In this document: piece by piece, positions 54,894 through 63,352 of the stretch
How positions within the stretch are numbered: the first letter of the stretch is position 1
Layout of the letters: every line of letters starts with the position of its first letter
Assembly: GCA_045606105.1 (NCBI GenBank)
Contig: JAZURI010000010.1
Span: 1 to 64,000, forward strand
Direction: 5' to 3'
DNA from: Spirochaetia bacterium
GTDB lineage: Bacteria; Spirochaetota; Spirochaetia; CADAEX01
DNA: 64,000 nt
Translations under genes and position numbers: made by a program
Notes under the pieces: model-generated
What the model saw: only the letters and a program-made list of their open reading frames with translations
The model's database searches: none
Told to the model about the DNA's origin: nothing

Positions 54894-55990
54894 CTTTTCA
54901 ATATCTCCAAATATACTGATATAACTTTCTTTTCGTCAAATTTTTCTTCTGCAAGCATACGGCTCCTTCTGCCCATTTCCAACCTTTCTTCCCGGCTGAG
55001 AAGAATGAATTTCTTAAGCACACGATACAGGTCATCGGCAGATCTCGCCTCGGTTACATAGCCGTTTTCGCCGTCTGTAACTGTTTCCCTGCAGCCCGGC
55101 ATGTCGGTGGTGATTACCGGCCTTCCCATGGCAAGAGCCTCTATGAGAATCTTGGGAATTCCTTCCCTGTAGTAGGATGGAAGCACCACCGCACTGCAGG
55201 AGGCGATATAGGGTCTGACATCCTTGGTCTGGCCGCCGTAGTATGCCCCTTTATCAGGATCCAAGGCCTCCAACTCTGAAAGCCTGACTCCCATGGGATT
55301 GTCATTGTCCGCAGGGCCCAGAAGTACAAATTCCGAATCGGGAAACTCCTTTTTCAGCCTCCCTGCGGCCTCGATAAACTCGTTTATTCCCTTGTTTTTC
55401 AGCATTCGGGAAATGAGCATGAACTTCCTGGTATCGGGAACCGGCGAAAAATCAAACTTTTTAAGGTCAGCACCTGACCCGTTAACAAGATATACATTCC
55501 TTTCGCCGATTATTTTTTCATCGATAAAGAACTGACGGTCATCCGGGTTCTGGAAAATCACGGCAAAAGCCTTTCTGAAGGCCCACTTATAGAGCTGCTT
55601 CACTATGCGGTATGTCATGCCGGACGGATTGTCAAAGGCAGTTCCCAGTCCGTTTACGGTACAGGCTATCCTGATTCCGGCAAGCCGGCAGGCAATGGCA
55701 CTGTAGATATTGGTCTTTATGGTATAGGTAAAAACCATATCCGGCTTTATTTTCTTGTAGATTTTATAGTATTCAAGTATCAGGAAAAGATCTGAAAAAG
55801 GATTCTTTCCCTTTCTTTCCAGGTTCCTTACCTCGTGGAAAACAGTTCCCGGATTCTTTATGGAGGTGAAATTGGCGGCAGGTGCCACGGTGTGGACCTC
55901 ATATCCAAGCCCCTTCAGGGTTTCGATAAGACCGGCCCTGTGGTTGAAAACCGTCCATGCAGTATTTGAAGAAATGACCACCTTTTTCAT
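54890..55990 (-). CDS. GT4 family glycosyltransferase (PglA/WbbP-like)
   Basis: YTIKTNIY, NGLG, FQNPDD, GSGAD, SRML-x2-KG, REGIPKILIEA, TTDMPGCRE. Confidence 0.9.
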   Translation of the reverse strand: MKKVVISSNTAWTVFNHRAGLIETLKGLGYEVHTVAPAANFTSIKNPGTVFHEVRNLERKGKNPFSDLFLILEYYKIYKKIKPDMVFTYTIKTNIYSAIACRLAGIRIACTVNGLGTAFDNPSGMTYRIVKQLYKWAFRKAFAVIFQNPDDRQFFIDEKIIGERNVYLVNGSGADLKKFDFSPVPDTRKFMLISRMLKNKGINEFIEAAGRLKKEFPDSEFVLLGPADNDNPMGVRLSELEALDPDKGAYYGGQTKDVRPYIASCSAVVLPSYYREGIPKILIEALAMGRPVITTDMPGCRETVTDGENGYVTEARSADDLYRVLKKFILLSREERLEMGRRSRMLAEEKFDEKKVISVYLEILKR

Positions 55991-55991
55991 A

Positions 55992-57113
55992 TTATTTCAG
56001 AAGCTCCCTGTAAATATCCAGCGTTTCGGAAGCTCCTTTTTTCCAGGAGAATTCGCTTTCGCGCCTGTATCCCTTTTCTCTAAGTTCTTCCCTGAGTTCC
56101 CTGCTTTCTGCAATTTTCTTCATGGCCTCCGTAATTTCCCCGGTTTCAAGGGGATTTACCAGCAGGGCTGCATTTCCGGCAACTTCGGATGTGGAAGAAA
56201 AGTCTGAAGTTATGACAGGAGCGCCGCATTTCATGGCCTCCAGGATAGGAAGCCCGAAGCCTTCGTAGAGGGACGGAAGACAGTATGCCATGGCTCCGGA
56301 ATAAAGCGTATATTTGTCATCGTCGGAAACATAGCCGGTAAAGATAATGTCCCTGCGGTCAGTTCCGGCAGAAACAAAGCTCTTGTGAAGCTTGCCGGCC
56401 ACCACCAGACGGAGCTCTGCCAGGGAAGGATTCTCCTCCTTCAGCTTAATGAAGGCATCGATTGTCCTGCCGATATTCTTGTGAGGTCTCAGCTCTCCCA
56501 GATAAAGGAAATAAGGCTTGTCCAGAGAGAAATTTCTGTAGATTTCCTCATTTTTTTCCATTTTAACCGTTGCAGCCTCGTAAACCACCCTTGCTTTTTC
56601 CGTTTTTTTCCTCAGGGAAGGAAAAACTTTTATAAGGTCATTTTTTGTGGATTCTGATACGGAAATGATGCTGTCGCACCTTTTTACCGCATTTTTCATC
56701 AGATTCCTGAGATAAAGGGATTTGAGTCCCCCCTTGTTGCCGAAAAATTCGGGATGGAGAATATATTTCAGGTCATGGATTGTGACCATCTGTTTTCCTC
56801 TGAAAAAAAGAGGATGATTTGAATAGAGACAATGAAAAAGATCGCACCTGAGCTCTGCTCCGTGCTTCAGGAAAAGAAGATCTCTTTTAAGACCGATGGC
56901 AGGAATATCAAAAACCTTGACTTCAGTATTGTTCATCCCTGCAAGCATGACAATGAATGGGTGATCCTTCTTTAGCGACGGATTTACCATAACTGTAAAA
57001 CGGTAATCTTCAGGTGCAGCCGGAAGAAGCTCCCTGAGCAGTTCCTCCACGTACTGACCTACTCCGGTCCGGCCGTTTTCCACAGCCAGGGCATCAAGAA
57101 TTATATGCTTCAT
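55992..57113 (-). CDS. GT4 family glycosyltransferase (MtfB/WbpY-like)
   Basis: TGVGQY, TIHDL, VSESTKND, PHKNI, PSLYEGFGLPILEAM. Confidence 0.9.
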   Translation of the reverse strand: MKHIILDALAVENGRTGVGQYVEELLRELLPAAPEDYRFTVMVNPSLKKDHPFIVMLAGMNNTEVKVFDIPAIGLKRDLLFLKHGAELRCDLFHCLYSNHPLFFRGKQMVTIHDLKYILHPEFFGNKGGLKSLYLRNLMKNAVKRCDSIISVSESTKNDLIKVFPSLRKKTEKARVVYEAATVKMEKNEEIYRNFSLDKPYFLYLGELRPHKNIGRTIDAFIKLKEENPSLAELRLVVAGKLHKSFVSAGTDRRDIIFTGYVSDDDKYTLYSGAMAYCLPSLYEGFGLPILEAMKCGAPVITSDFSSTSEVAGNAALLVNPLETGEITEAMKKIAESRELREELREKGYRRESEFSWKKGASETLDIYRELLK

Positions 57114-57114
57114 T

Positions 57115-57933
57115 CTAAAATCTCCTGAATTGTCTGAAAAAGAATTTTATACGGCGCATGTTCTTGACTCCGTTGGCAAAAGACTTGAAGAAACGGCTTT
57201 TTCTTTTAAGTCCCCGGTAAAATTCGATAACTGCAGAAACAGGACTTCTGTCACCGCCTGTGCTGCCGAACCAGTTTTCCCTGTTCAGTTCGAACCGGCC
57301 TGAAATAGTTTCCTGAAACTCCTTGTTCTGAGGAATGCATACCGGTTTTATACCGTAGAGACGTACATCTATACCAAGCCTGTTGCCTGTAAGCCAGTCT
57401 GCCGGCATACGGATGGGAAAACCTGCGGCAAGAAGCTTTTTCGCACCGCTGAGTTTAATAAGGTAACCGCTGGTCCAGTTGGGATTTTCCACAAAGCGGA
57501 CAATATGATATTTTCCGAAAAGCCTCTGCCTATCCCAGACAGAAGAAACCGCATTGTTATGGGAAAGGAACATAAGTTCCCAGTCCTCAGGAAACTCCGG
57601 CTCTCGACTTAGGATTTCCGGCAGTTCATCACAGAGAATCACATCATCCTCCAGAATCAGCGCCTCTTCGATATTATCCTCAACCATTTTCCTGTAGATA
57701 TTGAGATGGCTCCAGGAACAGCCTATTTCTCCCCTTGTCAGCTCCCGGCCGAAAAATGATACGGAGCCCTCGGAGTCATATCCGGCATCAACTTCTGCCT
57801 GAGACAGCTTACGCCCGTCCACTGCCGGAAATATTTCAAAAGGGATTCCTAACTTATCAAGCTGTGCCGATATAAATTCCCGTCTGTCGGCAGAGCTTTC
57901 AAGATTGACTACAAAAACCGGGGGAAATTTCAT
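57115..57933 (-). CDS. GT25 family glycosyltransferase
   Basis: VVNL-x4-DRR, PAVDG, LTRGEIGC-x2-SH, ILEDD. Confidence 0.9.
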   Translation of the reverse strand: MKFPPVFVVNLESSADRREFISAQLDKLGIPFEIFPAVDGRKLSQAEVDAGYDSEGSVSFFGRELTRGEIGCSWSHLNIYRKMVEDNIEEALILEDDVILCDELPEILSREPEFPEDWELMFLSHNNAVSSVWDRQRLFGKYHIVRFVENPNWTSGYLIKLSGAKKLLAAGFPIRMPADWLTGNRLGIDVRLYGIKPVCIPQNKEFQETISGRFELNRENWFGSTGGDRSPVSAVIEFYRGLKRKSRFFKSFANGVKNMRRIKFFFRQFRRF

Positions 57934-58655
57934 TTCTTATCCTCCGAAAAAATTGGTGCCGGAGAAAAGTCCTCTATGAGAAATTCCCTTTTGTCGCGGC
58001 TCCACTGCTTATAGCCGTGGGTAAAGACATTCTCTCCGTAAAAGGTCTTAAGAACATCCCTGTTATGAGGCACCGGAACTGTACGATGATAGAAGCGGCA
58101 TTCCGCAAGGGGATAGATATCTTTCTTAGGATAGACTCTGCGAAGTCCCTTGGTTACGAAAACGATATTGTCATTCTCCTCGTTGCCCCAGATTATATCC
58201 ACATGGAGAGAGTTCTTTCTGCTGAACTGAAGCTGCAGGCACTCCTCCCTTTCTTCAAGGTAATAATGGGTTCCGGAAAGAGCCTTTTCCAGAAGATCCT
58301 TCACCTTTTCCTTGTCCCTGCGAAGCACTCCGATATCTCCGTCGGTTTCCCACGGATTGAAGCCGCCGTGCCTTACAGCCCCCAGATGAGTTCCTATGAT
58401 GGCAAACCATTCCACCGAATTTGCATCCAGGAGATCTCCCAGAAAGGTAAGCAGCTCATAGAGATGATTTATACAGCATACGGGAGAATTCTTACCCTTT
58501 CTTTCGTAATAGAAGTTGATGCTCCACGGATTTTCGTCGCACCTGGCAGTAACGGAGGTGCATACCTTGTCACGCCTGAAAAAGAGAAGGTACCGCAGAA
58601 AAAGACGGCATAAAAGAAGAGTTCCTTTCTGTATTCTCCTGATGAATTTCCTCAA
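57930..58655 (-). CDS. LicD family nucleotidyltransferase-fold protein
   Basis: GTHLGAVRHGGFNPWETDGDIG; VDI; YPL-x4-F-x5-PVP-x6-L-x3-YG. Confidence 0.8.
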   Translation of the reverse strand: MRKFIRRIQKGTLLLCRLFLRYLLFFRRDKVCTSVTARCDENPWSINFYYERKGKNSPVCCINHLYELLTFLGDLLDANSVEWFAIIGTHLGAVRHGGFNPWETDGDIGVLRRDKEKVKDLLEKALSGTHYYLEEREECLQLQFSRKNSLHVDIIWGNEENDNIVFVTKGLRRVYPKKDIYPLAECRFYHRTVPVPHNRDVLKTFYGENVFTHGYKQWSRDKREFLIEDFSPAPIFSEDKK

Positions 58656-58657
58656 AA

Positions 58658-60115
58658 TTAATCCTTTTTTCCCTTTTTTCTGACTATATTAATCAGATAC
58701 TGAAGACATTCCAGCCTTAAGATCCATGCCATAGCAAAATATACGACAATACCGGCAAAGGCCTGAACCATCATCAAAGGCAGATATCCAAGTCCTGGAA
58801 TCCTTATACTCATTATAATAAGCCCCATCAAAGCCGACAAGCCTATAAACGGAATAACATCCGCAAGCTGCTCCCTGAGGCTGTATCCGATAAGCTTTCT
58901 GTTGGGAAGGGCTCCGATAAGGATTGAAATCAATGTGGTGAAGGCATCAAAAATAACCACCGCTTCCAGGCTTCTGAAAACAAAGGCTGCAACACAGAAA
59001 CCGGCAATCATTATGATTTTCTTGGCAACCTCGATACGTAGAAGGATTTTTCCCTCCCCCATGGCCTTGAGAACCTGAAGATTGGTACTCTGCAGAGGCC
59101 AGAAGGCAAACTTTATACAGGCCCACTGAAGGAAGAAAACACAAGGAAGCCATTTTTCGGTAAGAAGAACAATAACCAGCGGTCTGGCAACCACGGCAAG
59201 CCCCGCCATTGCGGGAATCACCAGGAAAGAGCTGGTAACAATGGCCCGCCGCACCATTTTCTTCAGCTTGGCTTCATCCTCCTGGAACGAAGCAAGGGCC
59301 GGAAACATGACCGACTGTATGGGACCGTCAAGATTGGAAACTATGAACTGAGGGAAGGTAATACCCTTGTTGTAGATTCCCAGGGCGGCGGATGAAAAGC
59401 TTTTTCCGATTATGAGGCTGCAGAAGTCGTTATAGACATAATGAAGCATAGATGCCAGGAAGGTTCTTCCCCCGAAGGAGAACAGAGATTTCAGCCTGGT
59501 AAGGGAAAAAAGCAGTTTAGGCTTCCATTTTATCAGATACCACATGATAAGGTTCTGACAGGTATAGCTGGTTATTTTCTGACCTACCAGAGCCCAGACA
59601 CCGAAGCCGGCATAGGCCATCCAGATTCCCACAAAGGCGGAAACAATAACCCCGGATATGACTATCTTGAAGGATTTCTTGAAAGCCATGTTCCTGGAAA
59701 GGATGGCATGCTGTATGGAATTCAGGGTTCCAAGGAAAATTACCGCCGAAAGGACCCTGAGAACAGGCTTTATTTCGGGAAGCTTGTAGAAACCGGCAAT
59801 GAAAGGAGCTGCAAACCACAGTATGATATAGGTTACGGCAGAGAATGCGATACTGAAGAAGAATACCGAGGAAAAGTCCATGTCATCCGCGTTCTTCTTC
59901 TGTACCAGTGCAACCGAAAAGCCGTTTTCAATGAATATAACGGCAATATCGATGAACACCATCACCAGAACTACGATACCGTAGTCCCTCGGAGCCAGAA
60001 GACGGGCCAGAATAATGGAAATGACAAAGGTTATCCCTTTCTTTCCTATCCTTTCAAAGGCCTTCCAGAAAAGAGAACTTATTATGGTTTTTCTTGTTAC
60101 CGGGTTGCTGCTCAT
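58658..60115 (-). CDS. wzx: Wzx/WzxC-type polysaccharide flippase
   Basis: ILARLLAPRDYG, GF-x2-ALVQKK, GVWALV, LIIGK-x6-LGIY, VMFPAL; many TM segments. Confidence 0.88.
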   Translation of the reverse strand: MSSNPVTRKTIISSLFWKAFERIGKKGITFVISIILARLLAPRDYGIVVLVMVFIDIAVIFIENGFSVALVQKKNADDMDFSSVFFFSIAFSAVTYIILWFAAPFIAGFYKLPEIKPVLRVLSAVIFLGTLNSIQHAILSRNMAFKKSFKIVISGVIVSAFVGIWMAYAGFGVWALVGQKITSYTCQNLIMWYLIKWKPKLLFSLTRLKSLFSFGGRTFLASMLHYVYNDFCSLIIGKSFSSAALGIYNKGITFPQFIVSNLDGPIQSVMFPALASFQEDEAKLKKMVRRAIVTSSFLVIPAMAGLAVVARPLVIVLLTEKWLPCVFFLQWACIKFAFWPLQSTNLQVLKAMGEGKILLRIEVAKKIIMIAGFCVAAFVFRSLEAVVIFDAFTTLISILIGALPNRKLIGYSLREQLADVIPFIGLSALMGLIIMSIRIPGLGYLPLMMVQAFAGIVVYFAMAWILRLECLQYLINIVRKKGKKD

Positions 60116-60117
60116 TG

Positions 60118-60822
60118 TCAGAACTTACGGAACCTTCCGTCTGTCTTGTTGGTTTCGGCTATATTGCCGGCCATGGTATCCTCCCAGAACACGCAGGGAA
60201 CATTCCAGGTCTTTCCGTACAGGGCTTCAAGAAAAGCCGGTGCGTTTACAGGGACAGGCACATCAAGCCCCTGAAACGGAATCCTTTCCAGACCGTTATC
60301 CTTCCATGAGAGTTTAATTGCATTGAGTGTGTCGGATTCATCCCGCAGATAGGACCAACACCAAAGATTTCCTCTGCTTCTTGTAAAGACAAAAAGATCG
60401 AAATGGATAACGCCGTTGGAATACTTTTCCACAAAGCCTTCGTTAGGCATATAGTTTCCGTTCATGCTGTAGCGGTATTCTCTGACAAAGCCGATTTTCT
60501 CAAAACTCTTGAACAGGTTTTCATCATATTGGTCTGAAAAAACGCCCATCTCCAGGTCGTCGTCATGCTTTATGAAATCTTTTTCCCGGATTGCCCCCAG
60601 CAGGGTACCGAAACAGATGAAATAGTCAATTCCCAGATTATCAAAAGCATTGAGTACCTCCGGAAAATATTTCCTGACATTGGACTGGAAAACCACCGAT
60701 TTTGCCAGTTGCTTTTTCTCCCCTCTCTTTCTCCTGAGGGTTTTCAGGATGCCTCCCGTAATGGGATTGCTTTTCAGCAGCCGTTTGGCCGCACGGTAAA
60801 TTTTATTATCGTAAATACTCAA
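60118..60822 (-). CDS. LicD family nucleotidyltransferase-fold protein
   Basis: FGTLLGAIRE-x2-FI-x-HDDDLE; FDLF; F-x-G-x3-PVP-x5-FL-x3-YG-x2-W. Confidence 0.82.
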   Translation of the reverse strand: MSIYDNKIYRAAKRLLKSNPITGGILKTLRRKRGEKKQLAKSVVFQSNVRKYFPEVLNAFDNLGIDYFICFGTLLGAIREKDFIKHDDDLEMGVFSDQYDENLFKSFEKIGFVREYRYSMNGNYMPNEGFVEKYSNGVIHFDLFVFTRSRGNLWCWSYLRDESDTLNAIKLSWKDNGLERIPFQGLDVPVPVNAPAFLEALYGKTWNVPCVFWEDTMAGNIAETNKTDGRFRKF

Positions 60823-62060
60823 AACAGATTCCTCAATTCCTTCAGCTCCTTCCCGAGTACGGAAGAAATTCTCTGAAGCTGATACCTGATATCACCCAGC
60901 TTCCGGCTTATTTTCATGGAAGCAGTCTTGTTGAAACCGCTGCCGTCAGTATATTTTATTCTTCTTCCAGAATTGTTGTATTTTTCTCCGAAAGGCTTGT
61001 CCACCTTGAAAATCAGTTCGTTTCCCACAGACCTTTCCTTCAGATTGATTATATCCCAGCCATAGCGGTTTTCCTTGTAGAAACAGCATTTTTCTTCAAG
61101 TATGCTCCGGAAGCTGTCGGCCGGATGGGCCTGATCTCCGTTGTTTTTTCCGTCTAAATGCTCGATGTAATAGTAATCGTCGGTTTTTACAGCCCAGAGG
61201 TTATAAGTACTGTAAAGGAACTGATCCACCCCTTTATAATGATAAATATCCTCCATGGCCACGATACGCCCGGTTTTCAGATCTTCAAGAGAGATACCGT
61301 CAGCTTCGGCCTTTTCGCCCAGCCATTCCGCTACGGTCGGAAAGATATCCATAAGGGAAACTGTCTTTTTTATCTCGTTTATTCCCTTGTCGCCCGCTCT
61401 GTGAACGAACAGGGTTATATTTGTACGGGTTTTTCCGATATACTCACTGTTTTTATCGTTTTCCAGAAGACAGCCATGGTCTGAGAACAGAATTATACGG
61501 TCAAATCTATTACCAACTGACCTGATAAATTTATCTATGGCAGAGGCAAGATGCTCCTGACCTACCTTATCGGCAATTTCACGGCTCACCACCGGACCGC
61601 AGGAATAATGATCCACCGCATCATGATAATCATCATATCCCAGCCAGACACACAGGTTTTTGCTGCTGTCTTTTTCTACAGCCTCTGTTATTTCATCGTA
61701 ATCAAAGAAAGCCTCGCCGCAGGAATCAAAATCCCGGGGAACGATTCCCTCTCTCGGGCTGAAAGAATATGGAGAAGCATAGTAGAGAGTCCTGAAATCA
61801 TGTCTTTTAAGAAGCCTGAACAGGTTATCGCATCCGATGTCCAGAAAATAATAGGGCCATTGTCCCCTTTTACGGCATCCGTTTCTTTTAGGATAAAGAC
61901 CGGTGTACATGCAGGCCAGAGCTCTCGGAGTTTCTGCCGCCGGGGTATACGCCTCACGGAACCAGGTGCCTCCCATTTTTTCCATCAATTCAAGCACGGG
62001 ACTGCCGGAAACAAGCTTATCCGGTCTCAGCATGTCACAGAAAAGAAAAAGTATCTTCAA
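60819..62060 (-). CDS. alkaline-phosphatase-superfamily (sulfatase-like) protein, Thr at nucleophile position (copy 2)
   Basis: CDMLRPD, AYTPAAET...YTGLYP, DDYH, FSDHG, SLMDIFPT; TTG start; no signal peptide. Confidence 0.78.
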   Translation of the reverse strand: MKILFLFCDMLRPDKLVSGSPVLELMEKMGGTWFREAYTPAAETPRALACMYTGLYPKRNGCRKRGQWPYYFLDIGCDNLFRLLKRHDFRTLYYASPYSFSPREGIVPRDFDSCGEAFFDYDEITEAVEKDSSKNLCVWLGYDDYHDAVDHYSCGPVVSREIADKVGQEHLASAIDKFIRSVGNRFDRIILFSDHGCLLENDKNSEYIGKTRTNITLFVHRAGDKGINEIKKTVSLMDIFPTVAEWLGEKAEADGISLEDLKTGRIVAMEDIYHYKGVDQFLYSTYNLWAVKTDDYYYIEHLDGKNNGDQAHPADSFRSILEEKCCFYKENRYGWDIINLKERSVGNELIFKVDKPFGEKYNNSGRRIKYTDGSGFNKTASMKISRKLGDIRYQLQRISSVLGKELKELRNLF

Positions 62061-62062
62061 TT

Positions 62063-63352
62063 TTACTCCATCATGGCCTGAATAAGCCTTTTAAGCTTTT
62101 TCTTATTGGCAAGAATCTTGAACATCCTGAAAATCTGCAGAGAACGGATAAGAAATTTTGTCTTGAATATATCTGATTTGCTGTACAGTCTCCGCTCCTG
62201 ACCATCCGTAAACCTGATTGCCTTCCCTTTTTCGTTGAAAAGATGGGAAATGGGTGCCGGAAAGGGCTGAATTGTATTTTCATACTGTTTTACAACCTTC
62301 ATTCCGTATTTGTAGTCGCAGGAGTGTTCTTCGATTTTACTGCGGAAAAATGCCAGCTTTTCCTTATCGCCGAAGCTGCTGATTACTTTTCCGGTTCTGT
62401 TGTCTGTCAGTTTATAATGTCGGTCCAGAACAGGATCGTCAAAATCTATCTGCTGAGTAAAGTAATAATCCTTATCCACATAACACCAGACTGTATTTCT
62501 GAAGCCCACCTCGTTTGAGACAAAATAGTTGTTCTCAATTACCAGATAAGAGAAATCATCTGCCAATGTAAGACTCTTTCCGTCAAAATTTTCGCCAGAG
62601 GGATCCTTACCCAGAAGTTCCATTATTGTAGGATAAATATCCATTATTGAGACAATGCTGTCATTCTTAGCCAGTTTTTTATCCCCCTTCCTATGCCAGA
62701 AAAGGGTAATTCCGGTTCTGTCATAGTCCAGTACATCCAAACCTCTCCGAGACTCGTTGTAAAATTTGCAGCCATGATCAGAAAAAATAAAAATATGATC
62801 CCAATAGTCGGGGGAAATTATATCAAAAATCTGACTGAAAGTATTTGACAGATGCAACTGCCCGATCCTGTCTCCGATTGCAGCAGTAGGAGAAAGCCCG
62901 ATGGAGCCGTGATAATCCTCGATTGTCATGAAAGCAATGCTGTTTTCTTCTCTGTCCTTTCTGACCTGCTTCATCATTTCCAAAGGGTCATAAGAAAGAT
63001 AGGAATAATCAAACACATGCTCCGGAAACTGTTTCCTGGAATTGACAGGAGTGGCAAAGATATAGATTCTGTGCTGCTGTTCCCTGAAAAATCTGAAGAT
63101 ATGGTTTTCAGTCTCCAGATAGACCCTCGGATAATGCTCAATTTCCCGGCAGCCGTTTCTGTTCGGGTAAAGACCGGAATAAAAAGCTCCCATACTTCTG
63201 GATGTATCCGGTGCAGGAGAATAAGCTCTGGTATAGACTGTTCCTCCCAGCCTCTCAAGCCAGCCGTCTATCTCCCCTTTTTCCTTTTTCGGATTGACAC
63301 TGTTAAGCTGATCAGGTCTCAGCATGTCGCAGAAAAGAAAAAGTATCTTCAT
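62063..63352 (-). CDS. alkaline-phosphatase-superfamily (sulfatase-like) protein, Thr at nucleophile position (copy 1)
   Basis: CDMLRPD, AYSPAPDT...YSGLYP, EDYH, FSDHG, SIMDIYPT, DGKSL; no signal peptide. Confidence 0.78.
   Translation of the reverse strand: MKILFLFCDMLRPDQLNSVNPKKEKGEIDGWLERLGGTVYTRAYSPAPDTSRSMGAFYSGLYPNRNGCREIEHYPRVYLETENHIFRFFREQQHRIYIFATPVNSRKQFPEHVFDYSYLSYDPLEMMKQVRKDREENSIAFMTIEDYHGSIGLSPTAAIGDRIGQLHLSNTFSQIFDIISPDYWDHIFIFSDHGCKFYNESRRGLDVLDYDRTGITLFWHRKGDKKLAKNDSIVSIMDIYPTIMELLGKDPSGENFDGKSLTLADDFSYLVIENNYFVSNEVGFRNTVWCYVDKDYYFTQQIDFDDPVLDRHYKLTDNRTGKVISSFGDKEKLAFFRSKIEEHSCDYKYGMKVVKQYENTIQPFPAPISHLFNEKGKAIRFTDGQERRLYSKSDIFKTKFLIRSLQIFRMFKILANKKKLKRLIQAMME

Noticed and set aside
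53955-55061. 368-aa plus-strand ORF
   Set aside because: Antisense to the barrel and GT4 genes; no motifs or plausible start signal; shadow ORF
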